Shown piece after piece: positions 38,370 to 50,058 of a stretch of 52,308 bases of DNA. Source of the stretch: Guillardia theta CCMP2712. Taxonomy: Eukaryota > Protista > Cryptophyta. A program made the translations under genes and the position numbers. The notes beneath the pieces are model-generated. The model had not been told where the DNA came from. It did not search any database and saw nothing but the letters and a program-made list of their open reading frames with translations. The stretch lies in the NCBI RefSeq assembly GCF_000315625.1, contig NW_005434562.1, positions 168,515 through 220,822 on the forward strand, in the 5' to 3' direction. Positions within the stretch are counted from its first letter, which is position 1; each line of letters begins with the position of its first letter.

Positions 38370-40078
38370 ATGTCCACGGACAGTCTGCAGGAGGAGCTTG
38401 GCGAGTGGACGAGAAGCCTCGACACTCTAGTCGATGCTGAAGCGAGTGCGGGGAGAGAGATCGGGGTAGAGCAGGTCGCTTCCGATGTCGTAGGATGGGT
38501 GAAAGACATCGGTAAGGAGGTCACTTCAGCAGCCAGCAGAAAAATCTCTCCGCAGCTCAACTTGAGGAGGTTTCAAGCTCGCGAGCTGTCTGAACGTGTT
38601 GATTATCGTCCTCGGCACAGGAGCTGGAGGTCTCTGGCCCACCCTACTGCAGTGTCGTACGCAAAGCAAGTTCTGAGCTGGTTTGGTTACTCGAGCAAAG
38701 CAGCGAGTGCGAGAACCAGGAGCGAAGAGCATGCCCTGCATCACGCATCGCACAGACACAAACATGTCGGTGACGAGGAGGGGATTCACGATGAGCCGAA
38801 TGCTCCACATGAGGACTTGGCGGCAACAGGCAAGGAGGATCATACGAGAACGTCTTGCGCTGCGAGCCTTCGAGAGAGAAATATGAAGGAATCCAGTAAT
38901 CTCAAGTCGCGTCACGTTCATGTCCGACACATAAGACCAACATCTGCAACCTGCGGGTTGACGAGCAGTCCTGAATGGCAGAAATCTGTTGCCTGCTTGC
39001 TGTATTACCTCTTCCAAGGAACCATCCTTATATCTTTTGTCACTGACAACGTTCGAGAAGTCACGTCGTTGCGCTCAGAGCAGAAACAGGTTGTTTGGTA
39101 TCAAAATTGTAGTGCGGTTTCTGATTGATTTCTTAGATTATGTTGGTGATGCTCCTGCTGTCGGTTGGAAATTTCTTCAGCTCTACGACGACACCCAAAT
39201 CTCACATTCTCCTCGTCCTGTTCAGGTTTGCACGTGACGACTGTGATGAAGTTTCTGACCAGAGCGTCAGAGCACTATGTGACATCGCCAACATTCTTCA
39301 TGCTGTGATCCTCACACTCTTGTGCATCTGGAGCGACGGAATGCGAGCAGACGGTGAGAGGTACAAGTTCTATCGAATCGCTAAAGTTTGTGTTCAGACA
39401 GTGAGATTGCTCGATGGTTTCTTCGCTCTCCCAGGTTGTTCTCCCTTTCCTCCTTGTCATCCTAATCAGCACTTGCAGTAATGCGAAGCTGTTGATGCTG
39501 CCGGAGGAGCACGTCGGTGCTGTGCTTGGCATTGTCAATCTTCTCTTCGGGCTGCTTCGAGTCAGCAGGTGGAAATCTGTTTGAGCTGGTTTTGTGATCT
39601 TGTTAAACATGTGCAAAGCGATCTTCACATAGACACTATACCCCGGACGTCGGAGCTTCCAGTTGCCATGACGGTGCGTGCAACCGCAAACAAGCATGAG
39701 GGAGGAGGGCCAAGAAGATTTTTGAAACTCTGGCAGGGTCTCATCCTCCTCTCCCTCATCCCTGCCAACACTCAGCTCGGTCGTACTTGCGAAATGAAGG
39801 ATCTCAGCGCCTCGTCATGCTGTGGGCACGCGACTTTCTCCTCCTGGTCCTCGTGCCATGTTCTCACTTCAGCTCTCTTCATCGCCATCGTCAATCTCGC
39901 GGCACCAACGCAGAGGTCCTGCACGTAGCTGCCACTCTCATCTGACCATGGCGAATTAGGAGGCTCCGGGCTCCGCTTTTGGCGATGATCTCGACTTCTC
40001 TGTGGTCGCTTGCAGTGGCAGCAGGAGGAATCATCATGGTGCGTAGCTCTAGCGATTCTCGTCTGCTGCTCCTTTAAC
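38370..40078 (+). CDS. Hypothetical multi-exon membrane protein; may have further upstream exons
   Basis: Long coding-like ORF from 38370, followed by exons with hydrophobic segments (VGAVLGIVNLLFGLL, GLILLSLIP, LTSALFIAIVNLAA, LWSLAVAAGGIIMV); no family recognised. Confidence 0.45.
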
Positions 40079-40197
40079 TTGATCTTAGGGTTCTTCATCA
40101 CTTCCCTGGCCTGGAATTCCCTTCTTCTCCGCGCTCTCTGTCATCAGTTTGCTCATGTCTAAGCATTTGGTGTGAAGGCTAGGCTACGGTTTAATGC

Positions 40198-42877
40198 TTA
40201 ATCTAACGACTTGGTTCCTGCTGTAAATTTCGAATTATCGCCGTTGAGATCAGCTCGCTCTTGAAGATGTCTGTGCGAGTGTTAGGGTATAAAACCAGCA
40301 AGGTTAGAAAACATACGCTATAGCTGCCAAGAGCTTTCGTCTTGCTCCAATCGTCGATATCTGTTCGCAGACAAATCACGGGCCGACAAAACGAGCAGGA
40401 GGTCAAACCTGCATCTCCTTCAGGTCTTCGTCGGTGACGTACCGCAAAGCTTCTGGTTCTGTCAGCTCCTGCAAGGAGAGTCATCGGGCACAACACATGT
40501 CGTCGGGCAAAGTCATCGGGCACAACACATCTCGCGCCTCTCACCTGCTCCTTTAGGATAGGAGCGTACTTGTCAAGCCCTATCTGTGCGAGAAAGTGAT
40601 CCAAGCCTCTCCATTCTCCCTGCTTGTCTCATCAACGTCAACGTTCAGGCCTGAATCCCTTACCTCTCCCCCCTGAGCTGCCTTTGCCGTATTGCTCTTG
40701 TCCAATCTCGGTGTTGCCTCAGGAGCTTCGGGCATCGCAGGCACAGAGAGCGAGGGCGCAGTCTTGTTATCAAACAGGTCCAGCATATCTACGCTCGTCG
40801 ACGCGATTGCCTTGGGCTTGTCGTCGATTTGCATCAGCAGCTGCTTGCCATTCCTCGAGTCATCGCGTGAGGCCTCATGAAGAACAGCAAGATCTCCTTT
40901 GCTTTGCTTCGCACCCGAAGATCCTTTCAACTTCTTGTACTCAAGATACTGATGCTACATTAGTCTCTGCAAGAGAAAACGATTCAGAACCTCATTCAGA
41001 GCGTTGTCAAGGTTCCATTTATGTTCATTCAGGCAATAGACAGCAAGATCGGATTCGCAACCCTAGATACTTTCAAGTCAGCAGTCTTAGACAACAGAGA
41101 ATCTTGCTTGCCGTGATTTCACAAAATGATTTGACGGTTTGTTCTCTTCTTGCTTCATCCATCTACGGAATAATCAAAAATCTCATTTGTTTTAGTTTTG
41201 CGGGGCAATTTTCACCTGCTCATGTCGTCCATGGACCGTCGCGTTCGAGTTACTGTGGGTCAGGTCAGATGCCTGTCCCAAACTCCTTCGAATAGCTTCA
41301 GCAAGTGCTTCTTCCTGCCTTGCTCAATCAACAACGTCGAAATAACAAAACCCTCTCCACCTCCGTCATCGCCGAGCTTCGCGACGTTGGCATGGCAGCA
41401 GGCGCATGTGGATGAACGACGGTCTTCTTACACCTCCCGGTGACGATCAGCACGGCAGGCGGTCTTGTATCAGTCGACGTCTTACCTTGGACATGAAGCC
41501 CCAGCAAGACCAGCTGGCATCTTACAGATCTAGTCAAACAAGCCGAAATGCTGACATATTCGCGTGAAAGCATACTTCGAGGTGGACTCCACATCCCGGA
41601 CAAGTTGTCGTTGAGCCTTGGGCTCGCTGATAGCACAGACCGTGAGCAGCTCACTGAAGAATCCACAGAGGGTTACTTGCTGCGCTTGAGCTGCTGGTGT
41701 CAAGGTTGGAGTCTGACAGGCCGGGCATACGACTTGTGCCACGGAGCTGCTTTGACGGTGAGGTCAAGCAAAGACCACAGGAAGGCATCACCTTTTGCAT
41801 GAAAGAGTGCTTTGACAGCTTGCATTCGAGCATTTCAAAATAGCATTCCTTCATCGCCGTCAACATCATCGCATCTTACCCTACTGCAAGTACCCGCTGC
41901 CACAGAAGCAGCACTTCAGATATGAGGATCCTGACTGTTCATAGAGGTTTCAGGATAGGGGCTACACATCTGCATGAATTACCTTGCAAGAAATTTGCTT
42001 TCCACAAGTCCCACAGAGGAAACTCACTCCTTGAAGGAATGTATTTAGTGCTCAAAATAATCAAGATTGCGCTCATGGGAATAAAAGTTCAAACCTTGGA
42101 TGTGATTTCTTTCACTGCCAACTGTGTTCTCTAAAGAGGCAGGTCAAACTCAAAAATTGAGCAGTCATACGATTACGAACCTGCCGGCGTTTGATTTGTT
42201 ACATGGCAGCTGGGACAAGCAACTTGTGACTCTCCAGTCTTGTAGCTCATGATAGCTGCACAGCTGTAGCATCGCAATTGCAGTCTGGCGGGGTTGGCAG
42301 CTCGAGATGGAGGAGGTGGAGTTGCCTGCATGACAATCACCTCAAAATGCTCAGGTTGCAGCACGAAGCAAATACTGTCCCCGGTGGTTCGGAGGAAGAG
42401 GTCGAAGTTGTACAAATGTTTCCTTGAGACCAATTGTCAAAAACGTGGAAGAGAGAGCGAGAGCGAGAGCGAGAGCGGATGACGAAGGATGAGTGCGAGA
42501 AAGGGAGGGAGGAAAGGTGAGATGGTGAGCGGAGAAAGTGGGGTAAGGGGAGAGGAGAAAGAAGTGAGAGAAGAAAGAAGGATGATAGGTCAAGAGGAAA
42601 GGGGAGCAAGACAGATGGGGGAGAGAAACCTCTTGCTTCATTGAATCTGACATAATCTGCTTGATCTTCGGGGAGTTGGGGGGGAACATACGATCCAAGA
42701 TCTTTTTTTGGCGACTTATGAGACAAGTGTCAGCAGCATGGCAGACCGAGAAGAGCAGAGCTTGTTCACCTCTTTCTTCTTTATCCCGGATATCAAATTG
42801 TTTACTCCCAAAATGCCTTTCTCTCCCATCGACTTCATCTTGAACAGAAAATTCGTTATGCTGTCCGACGTCCCCAT
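40198..42877 (-). CDS. Protein with LSD1-like CxxC zinc ribbons and a C-terminal SAM domain
   Basis: LRCYSCAAIMSYKTGESQVACPSCHVTN, FLCGTCGKQISC and QVVCPACQTP. SAM: LDHFLAQIGLDKYAPILKEQELTEPEALRYVTDEDLKE..ISTIGARRKLLAAI. Confidence 0.7.
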
Positions 42878-43643
42878 GAGGTCACGTGCGTCTTTGGGCG
42901 CCTGCGAGCCATTCTGTTGCCCAGGTCAAACAAGGAATTGAGTTCAAGTTGTAGGGATGCAGAGAATTCCGGCTCGTTTCAATCAACCATGATGATATAC
43001 AGCACAAATTTAACACTCATCGCATCATTTCAGTCAAGAAACGGGATGCTTTGCCCACTCTTAGCACTTCCCTCAATAATTATTCTATGTAATCACGCGT
43101 ATTCATGTCCGCGTTCAATCCTTCCCTTTGAATTGCTCTTCTCCACCCTTCGCCCCCCTCCATTCCCACCCAGCAGTTCTACCTGATGAGCCGCCATAGC
43201 TTGTTCTGTCTTTTTTACAAGTATTTTTGTCTATATTTAGACTCAAATTGATTTTAATTATGACCCTTTTAAATTTCCCCCACTACAGCTAGGTCCTGTT
43301 CGAATTATAGACAGACCCCACCCCCTCAATGAAATATCATAAGGACGGGTGCATATTCAAAATTCTACTGCACCAGTCTTCGCCTGATTTCCCCGACCCA
43401 CCCCATATGATTTTAGCCTACAGGACATGCACAAATGACGCAAGGGAAGAACGGCGAGGCGACGGAGAGTCTTCGGCATGTTGGTCATGCCGCAAACCAA
43501 AAATATCAACAGTATCATGAGCTCCAACTGCATCGAAAGCCCCACCATGAATGAAGTCTCGTTCTCATATCATCGCAGCAGCTTTGATGGTTTGCTCTCG
43601 GTGACGATTTGAGTTCTGAATTCTTTTTGAGAGGCTAGTTGGC

Positions 43644-44584
43644 ATGGAGAGTCTTGTGGCCAGGGGAAATGTTGTCAAGATTAATCGGTTCGTGTTGATT
43701 TTCGAGTGGACAACGACAGCCGTGACATCCTGTCTGCTTGTCTTCTACTGGTACGGGATCTTGGCGTCCCCTGAGGAGATGCAGAACAGTAGGAGTTACA
43801 AGGTGTTGCTCGTGTACTCAATCATCTACGCCTATCTCCGTCTTTGCTATCTTGTCAAGACGTTGAGTAAGACGTATGTGTACCTCAAGGATGGGCCATC
43901 GGAGCGGGAGGTGCTGCCTGGACAGGAATTTATCGATTCTATTGCGAAACTTCAGCCGCTAGCAGAGAAGATGCACATTCTCTGTGTGTGCTTGATAACG
44001 CACAATGTCTTTCCCTTCCGTCCTTGCGTGCCCATGACTTTCTGGGCCGTATGTACTTCTCTTCATATCGCCTCCCTTATCTTCGTGACCTTGTGCATCT
44101 TGCTGCTCGTCGTATCTACTTGCATGGTCGCCTTCATCATCGTGACTGAGAGGAGAAGAAACAGAAACGAAGACGCCTCGACTCACTATCGCTTCCTGCC
44201 CCTTGTTGATCCTATTCGCAACAGAATCATAGCAAACCTTCCCATCACTCAGCAGGCGCCTCCTGACGGCGAGCCGTGTGCGATCTGCTTCGAGATCGAC
44301 ACCGAGACAGACTGGTGAAGGATGGGGTAAGGCTTGCGAAGATCGTCTCAATGCTTGGCAGGAGACTTCTTCCATGTGGACACCGATTTCATCCTTCATG
44401 TATCGACGACTGGCTCAAGAAACGACGTCAGTTTGTTTCCCTGTTCTCTTCCTGCTTGATGAAATCATTCTTTGCAGTTTCCTCCTGCCCAATCTGCCGA
44501 AGAGATCCAGTGGAAGGCAACAGAAATGTGGAGGCGGGGAAGGGATGGCGCAAGGTGAGGCCAAGGCATAAGGTCCCTCGATGA
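43644..44584 (+). CDS. Membrane-anchored RING-H2 E3 ubiquitin ligase
   Basis: Several TM-like segments, then spliced CAICFE..RLLPCGHRFHPSCIDDWL..SCPICR (C3H2C3). Confidence 0.88.
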
Positions 44585-45042
44585 AATGTGTACAGATGCG
44601 GCTGCTGCTCCCGGCGGCGGGGAAGAAAATCATGGGAGAGAGACGGAGGATGAGCGAAACCGTCTGGTTGCAAACATGGTCTGAAATTCGCAGGATACGG
44701 TGTTGTGTGAATCGATAACATGCGCTCGAGTTGTTCTTTTCTGTAGTTTTCTGATTTCTGCTGGTTAGTGGTGCATGCTGAGACCTGTCAAACTTCCCTT
44801 TGGCATGAAAGTACAATTCACAAACCCCGTACATGTCTTTGATCGATGCAGCTTATTCATATTGTATGTCAAGTTTTACTCTCCTCGCCTTCATACATTT
44901 AGAGGTCAAAGGAGGTTACTGGAAAAAGAGAATGGAGGATCGCGAATTCTGGAATGCTGAGAAGAACTGCGCAAAGGAGATAGTAGAAACAACACAGGGA
45001 GTGTTGGAGCATAGGGTGAGAGAAAGGAAGGGCAGGGATAGT

Positions 45043-48000
45043 TCATATCTCGAAGTCGAAGATAAATTCACCGAACCCGGAGATGGCGGCTCTCACGGAA
45101 TCCCCCACATGGATTGACTGCTCCATCGCCGCGCCCTCCAGTTGCTTCGCGCTTTCCATGGCTTGTCCGATGATGTGGTAGCGAGGCTGCAGCTTTCCTA
45201 CCGCTCCTGCTCCGCATGTGCCAAGAGCCACTCCAATCCGACATCTCAAGTCGATTTTCCACTCCTTGCTCTGCGTCTTAACCGTTTCCAGAAGCTGCTT
45301 CGCAAGCCTTACCATGCTCTTGCACACCACACGCTCTGTTGTGTCGGTAACCCATCCCGCGCACACATATGCATCTCCAATGGTATCAATCTTGAATACA
45401 CGGTGAGCTCGCCCGACGCACAAGTCGAACTTGGAGAAGAGGGTGTGAATGAGCTTGGCGACTTCCATTGGCTCCATCTTCGATACCATCTCTGTGTAGC
45501 TGCACAGGTCGAGGTGCAGAACTACAGCTCGACGAGATCTGTAGGAGATCTTGCCGGTGCTCACGATCTCGTGCGCAATGTCCTCCGGGAACAAGTCATT
45601 AAGTATCTTGATGATCGATTTGTACTCCTCTTGGATCACGCGAGAAACTTTCCACTGCAGTCTCACCCCAAAGTTTCCATCGCGCAGCAACTGGTTGCTG
45701 AAGTATCCAGCGAAGAGCACAAAGAAGGAAAAGCCCGAGGAGATGTTTGCAAATATCACACGCACTAGCACGAAAGTGATGACTAGCGTGCAGACGACGA
45801 AATAAGTGTGCCGCTGCACTGAGGTGCCGCAAAGCAGAAGGTTGAAGTAGGAGAAGCTGGGGCCAAAAATCAAGCTGATCCCTGTGCAGTTGACGAATGA
45901 TAGGCAAAATAAAAGCGAGCAGTAAAAGACTGTCTGGCATAAGAACAGAGCCGAGCGCCAGAACTCCACTTTACGTCCAAGACCTTGCAAGGAACCCTTG
46001 GGAACAAAGAATGAGATGGGTTTGATCCTTAGGCAAACACAGTAAGATAGGAACGAGCCTATCAGACAGACGACACTCATGCCTCCCACAACTAGTCTCA
46101 AGTTGACCACTTGCCTCTTTCGATGCTGAAAAGTCTCAGTTGTGAAGATGCTCAAGGACAGAAGGTATTCGAAGATGACGATACTCGCAACCGAGCAGCA
46201 TAAGAGCCCAAGAATCACTCTCCGAAAGTTACGTGGTGCTCGAAACTGTAGAAATTCTTCTTCTGTGCGCTGGTCCAAGAAGCAGCACCAGAAGGGGTGG
46301 ATCTCTTGCTTCTTGAAAGTGAGCTGCAGAGAAGCATCATTGCTCATGAATGCTTTCCAAGCCGGATCTTGAGCGTCAGCTGACGATATCATGTCAAGGT
46401 CGCTTAAAGGGTTGCTTGAGCTTGAGATTCCAGCATCTGTTCCTGAGGAAGAAACTCTATTCCTGAACTGCTCGAAGCACTTATCCTCGTTCTCACCGTT
46501 TCTGGTCTTCGGTTGCATCGCAATGAAGGGCAAAGAGTTTCCGTCTGACGATACGTGCACGAAATAACACGTCATCAATCCTTTACCTTTTACATCAATC
46601 GTTGGTTTTTCTACAAGGGAAATCTCCGGGAAATTTCCACGCTTCAAGACATCCATCACGGACTGCGTACATAAGATTCTACTCGGCTCTGAGTGCGAGC
46701 ACATTCTCGCGCTCGTGTTAATAGTGTCTCCAAAAAGGCAGTAAAATCTTCTTTGATATCCAACTACAGCTCCTGCCACGGGGCCTGAACTGATACCCAC
46801 TTTCGCCCAAAGAACGTGTCCTGAAGCAGAGAAATATAATCGAGCACGTCGTATCAGACAATCTGCCAGCTGAATCATTCTGCGTGTTGAGTAGAGGACA
46901 TACTCGTCATGGTGCATTGGTGCATCGAAAGGATTGGCTGATCTTGGACATGCGATTACATAAGAGTCTTGAATGTGATGATACTTGAACATGCCAAAAG
47001 ATTCCACAATTGCATCAAAATCCGAAAAAACTTTGTCAATGAAATTGAACACTTTGAGGTTGCTTGTTGTTCCTCTCGTTACTTCAGGAGAAAGGGAAAG
47101 GAACATGATCGTGCAATGCTCCATTGTATTGCCGATGATTGAATTGGCGGACTCAGCCATCAACCTGGTGTGTAGAGATCGTGGGATGATTGTGCACAAC
47201 AAGCCATTTGTTTGCTCAATCGAAATCTTCAAGCCTTTCTCCCGAAAGTAGCGTTCTCGGGCACAAGATATCCTGGAATGACAGAGATAAGTCGTGGCAA
47301 TGGTAATGATCGCATGCAGAAAGACGATAGGCAAGTGTAAGTTTAGATTCAGCCCGCATAGCATCCCAGCCCCAAGCAAACTCAAAACCTGAATTACGCA
47401 GACTGAGAAAGCTGCCTGCCCGTCTATTGCTGCAGTGATCGGCAGAAAGCACCCCATGAAGGTGTAGACAGCAAGAGACTCAGGGGAAGTCAGCCGGGGA
47501 ACACATCCAGCATCTTCATGCGAGTATGTCGTCGAGTACCTCAAGTTCGTCTCGATGGGATTAGAGTCTGTGCAGCTCCAGGTCCAGGGAAATCCTTGCT
47601 GGATACCGATAGTGAGATTGACATAGGGAGAGATGTAGCCGACGGTCATAGACCTTCTGAGGTCTGCAATGAGCTTCCTTGCAAGCTCCGACTGGAACAG
47701 CAGACAGATCCAGAACGAGCAAACTAGGTCTTTGTTTCTTCCCCGAGATAGAAAATTCTCTGTAGATGGCAAAATGTATATACACAAAAATACGAGACAT
47801 AAGACTGTGGTGGACAAAAACAAAAGCCCATGAACTTGACGCAGGGCACTGTTGTCCTCGACTTGTTCACCATAAAAGATCTGAAGCGCAAAACAAAAAT
47901 AAAATATTCCAACCGACACTAAAAGCCTCTGGAAAGTCGCTCGTGAACGAGAAAAATCTAATTTCCGGAACTCATCTTCATCATCCTTGTTTTGAGGCTG

Positions 48001-48045
48001 GGAAGTAATGTGTTGGAACTCAAGTCCAAGGCCCCTCAAAGGCAT
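45043..48045 (-). CDS. Class III nucleotide cyclase, TM block-C1-TM block-C2 topology, probably a guanylyl cyclase
   Basis: 1000-aa ORF. C1: VGISSGPVAGAVVG..FYCLFGDTINTSARM..VKGKGLMTCY. C2: LHLDLCSYT..FKIDTIGDAY..RIGVALG..QPRYHIIG. Confidence 0.9.
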   Translation of the reverse strand: MPLRGLGLEFQHITSQPQNKDDEDEFRKLDFSRSRATFQRLLVSVGIFYFCFALQIFYGEQVEDNSALRQVHGLLFLSTTVLCLVFLCIYILPSTENFLSRGRNKDLVCSFWICLLFQSELARKLIADLRRSMTVGYISPYVNLTIGIQQGFPWTWSCTDSNPIETNLRYSTTYSHEDAGCVPRLTSPESLAVYTFMGCFLPITAAIDGQAAFSVCVIQVLSLLGAGMLCGLNLNLHLPIVFLHAIITIATTYLCHSRISCARERYFREKGLKISIEQTNGLLCTIIPRSLHTRLMAESANSIIGNTMEHCTIMFLSLSPEVTRGTTSNLKVFNFIDKVFSDFDAIVESFGMFKYHHIQDSYVIACPRSANPFDAPMHHDEYVLYSTRRMIQLADCLIRRARLYFSASGHVLWAKVGISSGPVAGAVVGYQRRFYCLFGDTINTSARMCSHSEPSRILCTQSVMDVLKRGNFPEISLVEKPTIDVKGKGLMTCYFVHVSSDGNSLPFIAMQPKTRNGENEDKCFEQFRNRVSSSGTDAGISSSSNPLSDLDMISSADAQDPAWKAFMSNDASLQLTFKKQEIHPFWCCFLDQRTEEEFLQFRAPRNFRRVILGLLCCSVASIVIFEYLLSLSIFTTETFQHRKRQVVNLRLVVGGMSVVCLIGSFLSYCVCLRIKPISFFVPKGSLQGLGRKVEFWRSALFLCQTVFYCSLLFCLSFVNCTGISLIFGPSFSYFNLLLCGTSVQRHTYFVVCTLVITFVLVRVIFANISSGFSFFVLFAGYFSNQLLRDGNFGVRLQWKVSRVIQEEYKSIIKILNDLFPEDIAHEIVSTGKISYRSRRAVVLHLDLCSYTEMVSKMEPMEVAKLIHTLFSKFDLCVGRAHRVFKIDTIGDAYVCAGWVTDTTERVVCKSMVRLAKQLLETVKTQSKEWKIDLRCRIGVALGTCGAGAVGKLQPRYHIIGQAMESAKQLEGAAMEQSIHVGDSVRAAISGFGEFIFDFEI

Positions 48046-49240
48046 GGCAATCTTCTGATCCCACCCTCAGGTTAGGCTATATTTCGAGTTCTAAAGCATA
48101 CATGAACATGAATATGGTATAGCCCAAAGCAAGAAGTCAGACAGGAAACGGAACCAAGGTCAATCGTCGCTTGAAGCGGAAGACAGTCCTTGTGCGGCTC
48201 CAACGTAAGGAGAGATTGAGCTTCAGGCAAAGATGAAGTAGAAGATGACAGGGAAGATATGGAAGGAGAGTTTCAAGACGTCGAGGAGATTAGACGGGGA
48301 CGCGGGGAGATTCGGGAGGGCGTGAAGGAACGGGCGGGGACGGAAGGAAGTGGAGGGAACGAATCGCGGAATACTAGGGGGTGGGGTAATGGGTTCCAGT
48401 GGTGGGTAGGGTGTGCCATCGTGTGGGGAAAAATGCATATGAGCAAGGGGGTGATGAAGGGGGTCGGGTAGTCTACACCGGGTGGGGCGTATTCAAATGA
48501 GGGTAGGGTCACTACGAGCGTGCAGGGCAGTTGTATAAATATGTAGTATTTTTATAGTTTTAAGTTGAACGAAGAGTTCTTATATTGGCAGTAAAAAGGG
48601 CTACTGGGTTTTTTTATTTAGTATGGGCTATAATGGCCTTTACACATGGGTTTAGATAGTTTAGTTTAGAGAGTTTGGCAGCATATGTACGGGCGACCAT
48701 CCTCAAGGGCGGCAACCGTGAACTATGAGGGCCTGCCCATTCGACTGATTGGGCGGGATGACGATGCGCCAGTCGTAAGTAGCTGAGGGCCGAGTGTGCT
48801 GCCAGGCTACGGTCACGCCGGTCACCGCCGCCGGGTACTAAGGACAACAACCAGGGGGATGGCCGCTAGCCGAGCAGCTTAATAACACTTGACTTATTTG
48901 ACATAATTACGTTGTATGGTTTTGGTCACATGACACTTCTCACGTTCTACTGATTTGACCACATGACACTTTTCCTTCGTGACTTTTTTGACGTATTACA
49001 CTTTTCCTTCGTGACTCAACTATGAACAACTGCCTTCTTATCTCTCTCACTTTCCCTTATCATTCTCGTCAGGCTTTAACATGATTTCAGCAAGGGGGCG
49101 GGAAGGCATGGCGCAGCCTTGCCGCGGGAGCTTGCTCCCCCCTTGGTGACCAATGGCCGTTCTGCCGTTCTGCCGTTCTGCACGTGGTCCCGGAGAAACA
49201 ATCATCATTGATGAAACTCTGCTGTTCTGCACCGTGGCAG

Positions 49241-49807
49241 GTATGGAGGGTGGAGGGTTTGATTTTGCTCCTCCAAATTTTTTTTTGATTTTCCCCAATT
49301 CAACTTTCAACCCTCCACACCCTCCAAACCCTCCATACCCTCCACTAACCCCCTTTCTCTATTACCATTTCACTCTTCAAATGTATATGGAAGGTTTGTG
49401 GAGGGTTCCTTTTATTGTGGAGGGTTTATGCTTACCTTTAATCTCTCTCTCTAGTTCTGGTCTTATAATATAATTGGCTATTTTATCCTCTTCTAATAGT
49501 AAATACACCATTTACCTTTTATAATAAATTGATTTTAACTTTTTGTTTATTATTGTCACCCACCACTGGCCCATATTTATTTATTTCTTTTCTCTCCAAA
49601 AATCAAAATGAATAAAGATATCTATATGAAACAATACAGAAAATATAAACGTGATTATATTAACTATATACAGGACATTCTTCTTAAAATACTACGCGAT
49701 GATAAAGCATTATCCACGCTCTTAAATGCTAATCTTATTACTCAAGATGATATAGAATACCTTAAAACGCATAAAGAAACCGCTAGAGCTTTAAAACAAA
49801 CTTCTGG
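49241..49807. mobile_element. AT-rich, virus/Polinton-like fragment with CCCTCCA/TGGAGGG repeats and a truncated ORF (49608 onward)
   Basis: Abrupt drop in GC content relative to host genes; intronless K/Y/I-rich ORF; direct and inverted 7-mer cluster; no hallmark gene seen. Confidence 0.35.
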
Positions 49808-49827
49808 TTTAGGGTTTAGGGTTTAGG
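49806..49827 (+). repeat. Short telomeric tract GG(TTTAGGG)2TTTAGG
   Basis: Direct reading; plant/algal-type telomere repeat. Confidence 0.93.
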
Positions 49828-49986
49828 TCTCTTGCCAATCTCATGGGGAGGAATTGCTCGATGTTTTTGTAACCTACTAAGCGCCACCCTCCTGGCTGCC
49901 CCCGGGTGATCAGTCCTCGGATGATGGGTACGATTGCGTGTGCAGGCGCCAGAGTTATGGACATCTTTTGTGTTGCCTGGTTTCTC

Positions 49987-50058
49987 GGGTTTAGGGTTTA
50001 GGGTTTAGGGGTTAGGGTTTAGGGGTTAGGGGTTAGGGGTTAGGGGTTAGGGTTTAGG
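49987..50058 (+). repeat. Telomeric tract of 10 units, mixed TTTAGGG and variant GTTAGGG
   Basis: Five TTTAGGG-type units (the last truncated to TTTAGG) and five GTTAGGG units. Confidence 0.95.

Noticed and set aside
49828-49986. snRNA or self-cleaving ribozyme in the inter-telomeric spacer
   Set aside because: No hammerhead core (CTGANGA..GAAA) or recognisable U snRNA motif by eye; an Infernal/Rfam search would be needed to exclude an HDV-like fold
49987-50058. True chromosome end
   Set aside because: More than 2 kb of non-telomeric sequence follows, so the tract is interstitial or subtelomeric as assembled
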